IMG/VR virus record: IMGVR_UViG_2838022645_000001
Reading direction: 5' to 3' (one strand)
Origin: an uncultured virus (IMG/VR IMGVR_UViG_2838022645_000001)
Lineage: Duplodnaviria; Heunggongvirae; Uroviricota; Caudoviricetes
Length of the DNA: 64,000 nucleotides
Each line of letters begins with the position of its first letter. Position 1 is the first letter of the stretch. This document shows positions 7,729 through 17,809 of the stretch, one piece after another. The translations under genes and the position numbers were made by a program. Under the pieces are notes generated by a model. It saw nothing but the letters and a program-made list of their open reading frames with translations. It searched no databases and was not told where the DNA came from.

Positions 7729-8858
7729 GCATGGCGAAGTTTAAAGTTGGCGATCGGGTGCGGTTCGTCGAGAAGTATGGACGCGCAAACAATGGCGACG
7801 AAGCCACCATTACGGGCTTCTGGGCGGAAGATGGCGTGAGGGTCAATGTCGACGGCGACAAGGGTTCACACAGTTGCCTCATGAGCCGCGTCGAACTCGT
7901 GCCGGCATGGCAGCCGAAGGTCGGGGACCGGGTGGTGTGGCTGGAGCCATTCAAGGCGTCCATGTACACCAAGGGCAAGGAGTACCTGATCCACAAGGAG
8001 GAGTACGGCACGCTGTTAATCACCGATGACACCGACAACCTGCATCATTCGTGGAACCGCGAAAACATTCCAGCATCGTTCTCGCTCGTCGCGCCGCTCA
8101 CCATCGAGGCCGGCAAGTTCTACAAGACGCGCGACGGCCGCAAGGTCGGGCCGATGGGCGGCGATGTTCATTTCGCGTACGACACCAATGAGCCTTGCTT
8201 GTCAGCCCGCGTGGAAGACAAAACCAGGCTCTTCCGCCAATCATCGGGCATTCACCTTTTTGGCGACGAGAACATCGACCTCATCGCCGAATGGGTCGAC
8301 GAACCCGTTGCGGTTGCGGCAAGCAACGACAACCGCGCCGATGCAGGTGGCGGATTCAAGGTAGGTGACCGCTTGCGGCTGATTGACTCTCCGCTGCAAA
8401 ACATGCCGCTGGGCACGGAAGTAATCGCCGTTGCTCGGACGGGCGGAGTCCCGTCATCAGTTCATTTCGAACAGGACGGCAGGACTACTTGGCGCCCAGG
8501 TTCATATTTCGAACTGGTCACCACACCGGCCCCCACCGCCATCGTCGCCCTGATCGAAGACGGCCAGCCGAAACCACCCGTTCTGCCGCACGTCCACGCC
8601 ACCGAAGCAGCTGCGGCCAAGGAAGCGGCGCGCCTTGCGTCCGTTCACAAGGGCCAGCAATTCGGCGTCTACGTCCTGACAACCACCAGCCAGGAAGCGG
8701 CGCCGACCTACGCCCACGAATGGCAGCGGCTTGCTGTCGCCGGTCGCAAGATCGACGCCATCAAGGAACTGCGTTCTGTTACGGGGATGCAGCTGAAGCC
8801 GGCCAAGGACGTTGTCGAGCATTTCGTCGACAACCCGTACGGTCAGCTCGCCGCCTAA
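7725..8858 (+). CDS. Multi-domain protein with three KVGDR SH3-like modules and a C-terminal L7/L12-CTD-like domain
   Basis: FKVGDRV, PKVGDRV, FKVGDRL; KIDAIKELRSVTGMQLKPAKDVVE. Confidence 0.7.
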   Translation: MSMAKFKVGDRVRFVEKYGRANNGDEATITGFWAEDGVRVNVDGDKGSHSCLMSRVELVPAWQPKVGDRVVWLEPFKASMYTKGKEYLIHKEEYGTLLITDDTDNLHHSWNRENIPASFSLVAPLTIEAGKFYKTRDGRKVGPMGGDVHFAYDTNEPCLSARVEDKTRLFRQSSGIHLFGDENIDLIAEWVDEPVAVAASNDNRADAGGGFKVGDRLRLIDSPLQNMPLGTEVIAVARTGGVPSSVHFEQDGRTTWRPGSYFELVTTPAPTAIVALIEDGQPKPPVLPHVHATEAAAAKEAARLASVHKGQQFGVYVLTTTSQEAAPTYAHEWQRLAVAGRKIDAIKELRSVTGMQLKPAKDVVEHFVDNPYGQLAA

Positions 8859-8923
8859 CGCCACCACCAAACCCACCACAGCAACGCCGTGCGCCGACCA
8901 AGCGCACGGCTGAGAGGAGATTT

Positions 8924-9103
8924 ATGACCAGACAGATGAGGCGGGCCGCCGCCCGCCGACAGGCGAAGATCGATCGCGCCAACGCGCGCCAACCCGGCAG
9001 CTACCCCGCCAGCCACTACGTGCCGTTCGTAGCAAGCGGCAAGACCTACGGCCCGAATGGCGCGCGTGAAGTAGCGCGCCGCCGGGCGAGGGCCGCAGCA
9101 TGA
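8924..9103 (+). CDS. Small arginine-rich protein (59 aa)
   Basis: GAGAGGAG SD; MTRQMRRAAARRQAK...ARRRARAAA. Confidence 0.7.
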   Translation: MTRQMRRAAARRQAKIDRANARQPGSYPASHYVPFVASGKTYGPNGAREVARRRARAAA

Positions 9104-9375
9104 CTATCCTCCCACCACTCACCGGCACGCCGCTTGACTACGTGCCGATCGACGCGCCAGTCGGCAAGCGGTCTGCAAATGACCAGCCCACCCGCTTCAA
9201 GGCGCCCGCACTCCGCCGAGCAGCCATCGCGGCAATCGTCGCGGGCGTATCCGTCGCGCTCTTCATCCTAACGCCGGCCGTGTTCATCGGCGCGGTTTCC
9301 ATTGCCTTCATCAGCGTCTGCGTCTGGGGAACCGACAAGCTCATCAAGGCGATCGACAGCCATGACCAAACCTGA
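9100..9375 (+). CDS. Membrane protein
   Basis: Two hydrophobic segments; ATGA coupling. Confidence 0.65.
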   Translation: MTILPPLTGTPLDYVPIDAPVGKRSANDQPTRFKAPALRRAAIAAIVAGVSVALFILTPAVFIGAVSIAFISVCVWGTDKLIKAIDSHDQT

Positions 9376-9474
9376 CGCGGCCGGCATGTGGCCGCCCAAT
9401 CCGTTCAGCTGGTGGCCGGTCATCGTGATCGTCTGCCTCTTCGTCGCAATCTGCTTTTTTCCAGGAGGAAATGA

Positions 9475-10284
9475 ATGTCTGTATTTGACAGGCTGAAGTC
9501 CAGCAAGCGCACAACGCCACCTGCGATTGCCATCTATGGAACGCCGGGCGTCGGCAAGACGTCTCTTGCATCTGAATTCCCCGACCCGCTCTATCTGTTC
9601 GTCGACGGCGAGGAAACGCCGGATGGAATCGATCTTCCGTCCGACCAGATCACGTCGTTCGGCGGCCTGCTCGACACCTTCGCCGACCTCCTTGAGACTG
9701 AGCACGACTTCAAAACCGTGATCATCGATAGCGTCGACAAGGTCGAGCCCATGGTATGGGCCGCCACATGTGCCCGAAACGGCTGGGACACAATCGACAG
9801 CAACGACAAGGGATCTCCGACGGCGTTTGGTAAGGGCTACCTTGCGGCAGATGTCGAGTGGGGTGAATACCACGAGGCGATCGGCGCACTGACGCGCGCC
9901 GGCATGTACGTGGTGCAAATCCTTCACAGCGAGACGAAGCGCCACGACGACCCTCTCGTCGACGCCTATGACCGTTACCGGCCCAAGCTCCAGAAAAGAG
10001 CACTGGAATTGGTCGTGGAGAACTGCAAGGCGCTGCTTTTCATCAACCGTCGCACGTCGGTGAAACAGGTCGAGGCAGCATTCGGCGGCAAGAAGACCAG
10101 CAAGCCGGAAGGCATGTCTGGCGCCGAGCGTGTCATCTACACCGATGAGAGGGCTGGCTTCTACGCCAAAAACCGTTTCAACGGCGCGCCGGCTCAGATC
10201 CCGTTCAAGCCCGGGCAGGGATTTGCTGAGCTATCGAAATATCTGCTGACGACCGCAACCACGACGTCGGCAGACGCAGCCTAA
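9475..10284 (+). CDS. Sak4-like AAA_24 ATPase (single-strand annealing)
   Basis: IYGTPGVGKT Walker A; VIIDSVD Walker B; AKNR motif. Confidence 0.88.
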   Translation: MSVFDRLKSSKRTTPPAIAIYGTPGVGKTSLASEFPDPLYLFVDGEETPDGIDLPSDQITSFGGLLDTFADLLETEHDFKTVIIDSVDKVEPMVWAATCARNGWDTIDSNDKGSPTAFGKGYLAADVEWGEYHEAIGALTRAGMYVVQILHSETKRHDDPLVDAYDRYRPKLQKRALELVVENCKALLFINRRTSVKQVEAAFGGKKTSKPEGMSGAERVIYTDERAGFYAKNRFNGAPAQIPFKPGQGFAELSKYLLTTATTTSADAA

Positions 10285-10314
10285 CCACCAACACCACCAC
10301 AGAAGGAGACTTGA

Positions 10315-10887
10315 ATGGCCAAGATTGGCGTAAGAGTAGAAGCGACCGAAGAGAACACGCAGCAGCGTGATTTCACCAACTTGCCGAACGGCGACTATGC
10401 GTTGGAAATCAGCGCATCCGACATCAAGGAAAAGAACGAGGGAACTCGAGACCACGCGATCAATCTCAGCGTCACGATCGATGTTCTGGCGCCGGAAGAG
10501 CTGAAGGGTCGCAAATTCTTCGGCAACTACAATCTCCAGCATCCGAATTCGCAGGTGCAGGAAATCGGCCAGCGGCAGTTTGCGTGCTTGCTGCGTGCCC
10601 TCGGCATGAATGAGGCGCCAGAAGATTCGGACGAGCTTCAATTCATCACATTCCACGCTCGCGTCGGCATGGGGAAGGACAGCAAGGACAAGAACGCCGA
10701 CGGCACACCGAAGTATGCCGCCCGCAACGAGATCAAAAAGTACTACTATCCCGACGAGGGCAACGTGCCGGAGCCGAAGGTCGACGCGGCACCTGTCGCA
10801 GCCAACGACAACCGCCAGGCTTCGCGGGCGCCGGCGCAGCAGCAGGAAAGCAAGCCTGCCGGTCGCCGGCCGTGGGGCAGCAAGTGA
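10315..10887 (+). CDS. DUF669 ssDNA-binding protein
   Basis: LPNGDY...GRKFF..YNL..ARNEIKKY pattern; follows the Sak4-like gene. Confidence 0.8.
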   Translation: MAKIGVRVEATEENTQQRDFTNLPNGDYALEISASDIKEKNEGTRDHAINLSVTIDVLAPEELKGRKFFGNYNLQHPNSQVQEIGQRQFACLLRALGMNEAPEDSDELQFITFHARVGMGKDSKDKNADGTPKYAARNEIKKYYYPDEGNVPEPKVDAAPVAANDNRQASRAPAQQQESKPAGRRPWGSK

Positions 10888-11051
10888 TGGGCTGGCCGCA
10901 GATTACCATCATTTCTCTTTCGGCAATCGGCGTTGGCATCAACGCTGCGAAACATGGTCAGCGGCGTGAGGGAAAGCATAACCTCTGGATCGCTTTGGCT
11001 GTGGTTGCGGCAGAAATGTACGTCCTGCACGCCGGCGGCTTCTTCAACTAA
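10887..11051 (+). CDS. Small membrane protein (54 aa)
   Basis: Manual translation MGWPQITIISLSAIGVGINAAKHGQ...AGGFFN; TGATG coupling. Confidence 0.6.
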   Translation: MGWPQITIISLSAIGVGINAAKHGQRREGKHNLWIALAVVAAEMYVLHAGGFFN

Positions 11052-11104
11052 CCAGCGCGGGCCGATGGTGACGGCCCGCTATCCACCACAAGAGGAGATG
11101 AAAC

Positions 11105-11491
11105 ATGGGTGACAAAAACTTCAAATGGTACGTCGCCGATAGCATCGACGCTGAACTGTTCCACAGCAAGCACGACACCCGCGACGAGGCGCTGGCCGAA
11201 GGGCGGGGCGTTTTTGCCAATGATCCATTCGTCCTCATCGAGGCCGACCGCTCCGTCGTGAAGCCGAATTTCCACGCCGATTGGCTGATCGAGACGCTAC
11301 TTGAGCAACTGGAAGAGGGCAATCCGGAATGCTGGGGCGAAGACGGCGCGGACGGAGCATGGCAGGATATCCCGGCTCTCGAGCGACTTTTGCAAGAGGC
11401 GGTAGCCAAGTGGCTCGTCGAGCATCCACCGAAAACGTTCTGCGTCGATGAATTCCGCACCACGGAATTCTTCAACGGCGCGACCGCCTAA
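11105..11491 (+). CDS. Hypothetical acidic protein
   Basis: Strong SD, 128 aa. Confidence 0.7.
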   Translation: MGDKNFKWYVADSIDAELFHSKHDTRDEALAEGRGVFANDPFVLIEADRSVVKPNFHADWLIETLLEQLEEGNPECWGEDGADGAWQDIPALERLLQEAVAKWLVEHPPKTFCVDEFRTTEFFNGATA

Positions 11492-11546
11492 ACACACCTG
11501 CCGCATGGCCACCACCATGCGGCACCCACCACAAGAGGAGATTACC

Positions 11547-12608
11547 ATGCAACTGACAATCAGCCGCACTGAACTCGCGCGCGTCGTCGGCGCCGTGGGC
11601 AAGGTCGTAGAAGCCAGAACCACTATCCCGATCCTGTCGAACATCCTGCTGGCAGCAGAAGGCGAACGACTGCACATCACCGGCACTGATCTTGATATCC
11701 AGGCGACGGCGTCGGCGGAAGCCACCATCGTCAAGCCCGGCAGCCTCACGGTCAGCGCCAAACTGCTCGGCGACATAGCGCGCAAGGCCGGAAACGACAC
11801 TATGGAGCTGTCACTTGACGGCGACAAGCTAAGCGTCAAGAGCGGCCGGTCGAAGTTCGCGCTCAACACTCTGCCGGCGTCGGATTTCCCCGATCTCAAG
11901 GACGGCAAGTATGACGCGAGCTTCGAAGTTGATCTTGCTGCGCTGGTCGCGCCGACGGCATTTGCGATCTCCACCGAGGAGACGCGCTATTACCTGAATG
12001 GCGTCTTCCTGCACCTTCATGAAGACGAATTGCGCGCCGTGGCGACGGACGGTCACCGCCTTTCGCGGCACCAGGTCGACTATCCCGGCGAAGGCAGATT
12101 CAATGGCGTGATCGTGCCGCGCAAGACCGTCGGCATGCTTCCTAAGGGAAAGGTCAATGTGTCCGTCGGCGAGGCGAAAATCCGCATCGCCAGCGGCGAC
12201 TTCGTTCTCACCAGCAAGCTCATCGACGGCACATTCCCCGATTATGAGCGCGTCATTCCGCGTAGCAACGAAAACCGCGTGGTCGTCGATCGTGATGCCT
12301 TCATGAAGGCTGCTGACCGCGTAGCGACGGTCAGCAGCGAGCGAGGCCGTGCCATCAAGTTGAGCATCGCGCCCGGCTCGGTGGGCTTCACGGTCAATAA
12401 TGCTGACGCGATCGCAACCGACGAAATCGAGGCCGGATACAGCGGCGAGCCGATCGAGATCGGATTCAATGCTCTCTACCTGCGCGAGATCCTTTCTGTC
12501 TTACCGGCCGGAGACGTCGTGCTCAAGCTGCGCGATGGCGGGTCGCCGGCCGTGATCACGGGCACAGCCGATGGCTGGGACGGCGTGCTTATGCCGATGC
12601 GCGTCTAA
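11547..12608 (+). CDS. dnaN: DNA polymerase III beta sliding clamp
   Basis: TIPILSNIL, TRYYLNGV, VATDGHRL, IDGTFPDY, LMPMRV motifs. Confidence 0.95.
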   Translation: MQLTISRTELARVVGAVGKVVEARTTIPILSNILLAAEGERLHITGTDLDIQATASAEATIVKPGSLTVSAKLLGDIARKAGNDTMELSLDGDKLSVKSGRSKFALNTLPASDFPDLKDGKYDASFEVDLAALVAPTAFAISTEETRYYLNGVFLHLHEDELRAVATDGHRLSRHQVDYPGEGRFNGVIVPRKTVGMLPKGKVNVSVGEAKIRIASGDFVLTSKLIDGTFPDYERVIPRSNENRVVVDRDAFMKAADRVATVSSERGRAIKLSIAPGSVGFTVNNADAIATDEIEAGYSGEPIEIGFNALYLREILSVLPAGDVVLKLRDGGSPAVITGTADGWDGVLMPMRV

Positions 12609-12898
12609 TGGCGATCGACGAGCTGGAAGGCGGGCCATGGCGGCCCGCCAATGGCACCGACGGTATGGATTTCGAATTCCATTGGTGCAGCCACTGCCTG
12701 AACCGGAACGGCGATGGGCCATGGGAAGACGAATTCGGCAATGACATCGATGGATGCTGCCCGATCCTTGAGGACGCTGCGTGGTGCGAGCAGCCGCGCG
12801 AGCTGATCATCCGCAACGGCATGCCATGGTGCAAGGCGTTCCGCGAGGATCCTGCGGAGCCGGCGCGCTGCTTTTTCACGAAGGAGATGGGTTTATGA
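12608..12898 (+). CDS. Hypothetical Cys-rich protein
   Basis: PANGTDG..F...WCSHC; coupled ORF. Confidence 0.7.
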   Translation: MAIDELEGGPWRPANGTDGMDFEFHWCSHCLNRNGDGPWEDEFGNDIDGCCPILEDAAWCEQPRELIIRNGMPWCKAFREDPAEPARCFFTKEMGL

Positions 12899-13422
12899 GG
12901 CAATATGCCATCACGCAAGAAGATGCCAGAAAAGCCTTCATCTACGATCCTTCTTCTGGCGTTCTAACTTGGCGTACCAGAGATGATGTCGGCCGTTCGT
13001 GGAATGCTCGCTTCGCAGGAAAGTCTGCAGGATGCGCGACAAAGGACGGCTATTTGCGCGTTAAGCTGAAGGGTGTCCGCTTACTCGTTCATCAGATGAT
13101 ATGGCTTCTTCTCTTTGGCTATGTGCCGGATGAGATAGATCACCAAGATCAAAATAAGTCCAACAATAGGCTGGCAAATCTCAGGGATGTCACTCGCCTA
13201 GAGAACGCCCGCAATCACACGATGCAGCGAAATAACTCAAGCGGCCATACTGGAGTGTATTGGGACGTTTCGCGAGGTCTGTGGCGGGTATTCATCTACG
13301 TCGGCAAACGCCAGAAGCATCTTGGTCACTTTTCGGACTTTGAGAAAGCCGTCTCCGTGCGCGTGGCGGCCAATGACCATCTTGATTTTCACCAAAATCA
13401 CGGACGCAGGAAGGCAGCATAA
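12895..13422 (+). CDS. HNH homing endonuclease with AP2-like C-terminus
   Basis: EIDHQDQNKSNNRLANLR; NNSSGHTGVYW. Confidence 0.9.
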   Translation: MRQYAITQEDARKAFIYDPSSGVLTWRTRDDVGRSWNARFAGKSAGCATKDGYLRVKLKGVRLLVHQMIWLLLFGYVPDEIDHQDQNKSNNRLANLRDVTRLENARNHTMQRNNSSGHTGVYWDVSRGLWRVFIYVGKRQKHLGHFSDFEKAVSVRVAANDHLDFHQNHGRRKAA

Positions 13423-14360
13423 TGGCGCCAATCCCTAAGCCAAAGCCCAGTACCATCGCCGCGATCGACAAGCACTATGTCGACGAAGCGAGGGACTGGG
13501 ATTCTCTCGGCATCTCAGTGTCGCTAGCCGGCGCTGAGTGCGCGAGAGCGCTGTTTTACGAGTTCCGCTGGGCGTCGAAGCCGGAGCCAGCAACTGGCAA
13601 GCGTCAGCGCCTGTTTGAGCGCGGCCAGGATGACGAAGAGAAGATGCTGCGCGACCTGCGCGCGATCGGCGTGGAAGTATGGGGCGAGCAAGAAAGGGCT
13701 CGTGCCGTTCACGGATTCGTTCGCGGAAAGCTCGATGGCATCGCTCTTGGCCTGCTTGAAGCGCCGAAGACAATCCATGTCGTCGAGTGCAAAAGTCTGA
13801 ATACAAAAGGCTTCAAGGCAGTAATTAAGGATGGCGTGAAGAAGGCAAAACCGCTACATCACGCGCAAATTCAAATATATATGCACGTTCTGGGTTATGA
13901 TCGCGGCTATTACTACATCAAGTGCGCCGACACCCAAGAATATCATTCGGAGCGCGTAGAGTACGATGTGGAGTTCTGCCTGCGCTTACTGGCGAATCTT
14001 GAGCGCATCATTTTTACAGACGTTCCGCCGCCGAAGATTTCGGAAGATCCGGAATTCTATCTCTGCCGATTCTGCAAGCACAACTCAGTTTGCCATAACG
14101 GTCTGCTGCCGCGCGTGACCTGCCGAACATGCATCCATTTTCAGCCGGAGCGCGGTGGTGATTGCCACGTCAGCTGCGCCAGATGGGCAAAGCCACTTTC
14201 GATAGACGAGCAGCGGGCGGCGTGCCCGGCCATGCTCTTCAACCCGGCGTTCGTTCCTTATGAGCAAGTCGACGTCGACGAGGAAGCGGAAACAATAACC
14301 TACCGCAAGCCTGACGGCAGCATCTGGATCGACGGCGCGACCCGAGAGGAGGCTGCATGA
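13422..14360 (+). CDS. Cas4-like/PD-(D/E)XK exonuclease
   Basis: GKLDG...VVECKS...AQIQIYM; C-terminal CRFC cluster. Confidence 0.85.
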   Translation: MAPIPKPKPSTIAAIDKHYVDEARDWDSLGISVSLAGAECARALFYEFRWASKPEPATGKRQRLFERGQDDEEKMLRDLRAIGVEVWGEQERARAVHGFVRGKLDGIALGLLEAPKTIHVVECKSLNTKGFKAVIKDGVKKAKPLHHAQIQIYMHVLGYDRGYYYIKCADTQEYHSERVEYDVEFCLRLLANLERIIFTDVPPPKISEDPEFYLCRFCKHNSVCHNGLLPRVTCRTCIHFQPERGGDCHVSCARWAKPLSIDEQRAACPAMLFNPAFVPYEQVDVDEEAETITYRKPDGSIWIDGATREEAA

Positions 14361-14872
14361 CCTACGCCCAAAGGCCCGCCGGCTTCGACGCCGCCCTGCT
14401 TGCCTATCTGCCCGCGCTGCGTCGCCAAGCCAAGTACATGGCCGGCGCGCACCACGAGGATCTGCTGCAGGACACGATCGCCATGATGCTCAGTCTTGCC
14501 GAAAAGTGCCGCGTCGAGACGTTCCGCACCTGGGCGCAAATCATCATGCGGCGGGCGGCCAGCAACCACAAACGAGCAATGCGGGCCGAGAAGCGGGCCG
14601 CGCCTACTGTAGATCTCGCTGCGGCTGGCCGCGTCGGTACGCCACCGGCGCAAGAACACGCCGCCGATCTCGCGATCGTCACCGAGGTGCTGGCCGGCAT
14701 ACGGCACGGCGACATCGTGCTGCGACGCGCAGATGACGAGCTCTTGCGCGAGATCGGCGATGAGCGCGGCGTCGGCCGTGAGGCGGTGCGACAGCTTGAG
14801 GCCAAGGCCCGGGCAAGACTTTTAGACGTTCTCAGTATGAAGGAGGCCAACAATGGAAGCAGCAAACGATAA
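14357..14872 (+). CDS. ECF sigma-factor-like protein 1
   Basis: EDLLQDT region 2; LREIGDERGVGREAVRQLEAKA region 4. Confidence 0.8.
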   Translation: MTYAQRPAGFDAALLAYLPALRRQAKYMAGAHHEDLLQDTIAMMLSLAEKCRVETFRTWAQIIMRRAASNHKRAMRAEKRAAPTVDLAAAGRVGTPPAQEHAADLAIVTEVLAGIRHGDIVLRRADDELLREIGDERGVGREAVRQLEAKARARLLDVLSMKEANNGSSKR

Positions 14873-15347
14873 TCGGCCGGCAGAGTTTGACGCGCGGGTG
14901 ATGGCATATGTTCCGGGCCTCAAAAGGTTGGCGGGCCGGCGAGTGCCAAGAGAGTACCGCGACGACCTCGTGACCGACACGATCATGTATGCCTTGGCTC
15001 ACTGGAAGAATTTCCGTGAGGACGGAGGCATGTGGAATTGGCTTGAGTGGTCGATGCGCGGCATCCTCAAAAACGCAGCCACGAAGGCAGCCAACCGCAA
15101 AAAGAACCTGAAATTCGTTCCAATCGAAGACCACATGAACCTCTCAACGCCAGCAACCCAACTGGCCCATGCAGATCTCTCGAAAGCCCTGGACGGCATG
15201 ACCGGGCGGGGCGGCAAGATCGTTGTGCGCCGCGCGCTTGGCCATTCGTTGCGGGAAATCGGCGACGAGATGGGGATGACAAGCGAGCGGGTGCGTCAAC
15301 TTGAGGCGCGAGAGATGAAGCGGCTCAAAGCGGTGAGGGCGGGTTGA
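14853..15347 (+). CDS. ECF sigma-factor-like protein 2
   Basis: DDLVTDT; SLREIGDEMGMTSERVRQLEAR. Confidence 0.8.
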   Translation: MEAANDNRPAEFDARVMAYVPGLKRLAGRRVPREYRDDLVTDTIMYALAHWKNFREDGGMWNWLEWSMRGILKNAATKAANRKKNLKFVPIEDHMNLSTPATQLAHADLSKALDGMTGRGGKIVVRRALGHSLREIGDEMGMTSERVRQLEAREMKRLKAVRAG

Positions 15348-16015
15348 TGAAGTTTGGCCCATGGTTGCCGAGCCGGAGCTTAGCAATGGCGGCCGGAGCA
15401 AAGTCGTATTTCACGGGAAAGTCATGCAAGAGCGGTCACGTTGCATTCAGGTTCACGTCCAGCGGTCATTGCAGCGAGTGCGAGAAGGCATGGGATAGGC
15501 GCCGTAATGAAAAGCCCGGCCGGAAGGAAGCCAAAAAGACAGCGTCTCGTCTTTCACAGCGAAAGCGCAGGGCATCCGACGCATCTCTAGTGGCCCGCGA
15601 GCGTGAATACCACCAGGCAAGAAAAGCCCGACCTGAAGTAAAGGAGAAAGAGCGTGAGCGCATGCGCTTGAAGCGCCTTGATCCAGATTTTGTTGCCAGA
15701 GAAAGGCAGTACAAGCGAGACCATCCTGAGCAAGTGGCGGTGCAAAACAGTCGCCGACGGGCAAGGATAAATCAGGCAGAGGGGAGCCACACCCCGGCCG
15801 ACATCCTTCGAATATTCCTATCGCAAGGTAGAAAATGCGGTGAATGCGGCGCACGCGTCAACAAGTCCACATGGCACATCGATCACATTACACCTCTCTC
15901 GAAGGGCGGATCGAACTGGCCGACCAACATCCAAATCCTATGCCGGCCGTGCAACCTAGAAAAGCACGCTTCGGATCCCATTGATTTCGCGCGTCGAAAG
16001 GGGAGGCTCATCTGA
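15344..16015 (+). CDS. HNH endonuclease
   Basis: CGECG...HIDHITPLSKGGSNWPTNIQILCRPCN. Confidence 0.9.
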   Translation: MMKFGPWLPSRSLAMAAGAKSYFTGKSCKSGHVAFRFTSSGHCSECEKAWDRRRNEKPGRKEAKKTASRLSQRKRRASDASLVAREREYHQARKARPEVKEKERERMRLKRLDPDFVARERQYKRDHPEQVAVQNSRRRARINQAEGSHTPADILRIFLSQGRKCGECGARVNKSTWHIDHITPLSKGGSNWPTNIQILCRPCNLEKHASDPIDFARRKGRLI

Positions 16016-17742
16016 TGCTAGAACTCCGCCACTACCAGCGCGCCGCACTCGACGCGCTCTATGCCTATTGGGCCGACGACGGCGGCAACGGGCTGATCGT
16101 GCTGCCGACGGGCGCCGGTAAGGCTCTGGTCATCGCCAAGCTGATCGAGGAACTGCTGGCAGATTATCCAGACATGCGCATCCTCAATGTTACGCATTCC
16201 GCGCCCCTGGTCGGCCAGAACTACCAAGAGTTCCTCGGCTTGTTGCCGTTCGCGCCTGCCGGCATCTATTCGGCGGGTCTGAACCGGCGCGATGCTCGCG
16301 CGCAGGTGCTGTTCTGCGGCATCCAATCGGTCTGGAACAAGGTCGACCAGATCGGCGATATCGATCTGGTCATCGTCGACGAGGCCCACGCCATCTCGCG
16401 AAACGCCAACACGCAATATGGCAAGTTCTTCAAGGCCGTGCGCCAGCGCAATCCGGACAGCCGGACCTGCGGCACGACGGCGACCGACTACCGCATGGAT
16501 TCCGGCCGTCTGACCGACGATCTGGACGATGACGAGGCCGTGGATCCGATCACAGGCGCGCCGCTCAAGTTCAAGCTCTTCGATGATGTCGTCTACGAGA
16601 TCGGCATTGGCGAACTGATCGATCAGGGGTTCCTGACTCGCCTGACCAGTCAGAAAACCACCAGCAAGATCGACCTGAAAGGTGTAGGCACGCGGGGCGG
16701 CGAATACATCCCGGGCCAGGTATCGGAGGCTGCTGAGCGAATTATCGAAGCGGCCGTCGCCGAAGACATGGTTTTGTCAGAAGGCAGGCGAGCTGGCTTG
16801 TTCTTCAGCACCAGCAAGGAGAACGCGGCCCACGTCGCCGAAGCGGTACGCCGCCATGGCCGGACGTGCGCCGTGCTGACGAGCGACAACTCGCACGAGA
16901 CCGACAAGATATTCAAGGCTTTCCGTGCCGGCGAGGTGTGGGCCATCTCCTCGGTAAGCATGATCACGACCGGCACGAATTTTCCGTTCGTCGACTTCAT
17001 CAGCCTGATCTTGTCCACCAAGTCTCCCGGCAAGCTGGTGCAGATCCTCGGCCGCGGTACGCGCAACTCGCCAGGCAAGACCGATTGCCTCATTGCCGAC
17101 CATGGCAAGAACCTCGCCTATCATGGGCCGATCGATCAGATCAGGCCGCGCGAGCCCGGCAAGGGCTTAGGAGAGCAGCCGAAAAAGCTCTGCCCGCAGG
17201 ACCAGATGGACGTCAACGGCAACTGCGGCTGCGGCGAACTCATCCCGATCTCTATCATGACTTGCCAGTGCTGCGGTTATGTCTTTCCGCCCAACGAGGA
17301 GGAGAAGATCACGGCGCAGGCGGACAACACTCCGGTGCTGTCGACGGAAAAGCCTTGGTCTGTTGTTTCGTCGAGGACGTTCCGCCATCACCCTGGGAAG
17401 GACGGCAAGCCAGACTCGGTGAAGTGCACGTACATGGTCGGCATGAAGGCGGTAAACGAATGGCACTGCTGCGGCCACAAGGGGTATCCAAAAAGCAAAG
17501 CCGATAGGTGGTGGATTCTTCACGGCGGCTCCAGGCCGTTCCCTTCGTCTGTTCTCGAATTCCTTGAGCGACAGCATGAGCTGATGGACACGACCGAGGT
17601 GCAACTGGATTATGCACGCAATCCGAAATACCCAGATGTCGTGGCCCATCGCGTTGGACCGCGTGCCGATAACGACAACGCACCAGCACCGGCGAACGAC
17701 AATCGCAGCATCGCCGAGGATTGGGAGGACATTCCGTTCTGA
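16015..17742 (+). CDS. SF2 DEAH helicase (RadD/YejH-like) with Zn finger
   Basis: LPTGAGK, DEAH, TAT, QILGRGTR motifs. Confidence 0.92.
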   Translation: MLELRHYQRAALDALYAYWADDGGNGLIVLPTGAGKALVIAKLIEELLADYPDMRILNVTHSAPLVGQNYQEFLGLLPFAPAGIYSAGLNRRDARAQVLFCGIQSVWNKVDQIGDIDLVIVDEAHAISRNANTQYGKFFKAVRQRNPDSRTCGTTATDYRMDSGRLTDDLDDDEAVDPITGAPLKFKLFDDVVYEIGIGELIDQGFLTRLTSQKTTSKIDLKGVGTRGGEYIPGQVSEAAERIIEAAVAEDMVLSEGRRAGLFFSTSKENAAHVAEAVRRHGRTCAVLTSDNSHETDKIFKAFRAGEVWAISSVSMITTGTNFPFVDFISLILSTKSPGKLVQILGRGTRNSPGKTDCLIADHGKNLAYHGPIDQIRPREPGKGLGEQPKKLCPQDQMDVNGNCGCGELIPISIMTCQCCGYVFPPNEEEKITAQADNTPVLSTEKPWSVVSSRTFRHHPGKDGKPDSVKCTYMVGMKAVNEWHCCGHKGYPKSKADRWWILHGGSRPFPSSVLEFLERQHELMDTTEVQLDYARNPKYPDVVAHRVGPRADNDNAPAPANDNRSIAEDWEDIPF

Positions 17743-17750
17743 GGTAGTTG

Positions 17751-17760
17751 ACAAATTTGT
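17751..17760. promoter_or_regulatory. ACAAATTTGT box 3
   Basis: TTGACAAATTTGTATGTTTACA, intergenic. Confidence 0.8.
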
Positions 17761-17809
17761 ATGTTTACACCAGCGTAACAATACCAGACCACCACAAGAG
17801 GAGACGATA

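Noticed and set aside
13422..14360. Cas4-like gene as part of a CRISPR-Cas system
   Set aside because: No array or other cas genes; it sits in a typical Sak4/SSB/helicase recombination module
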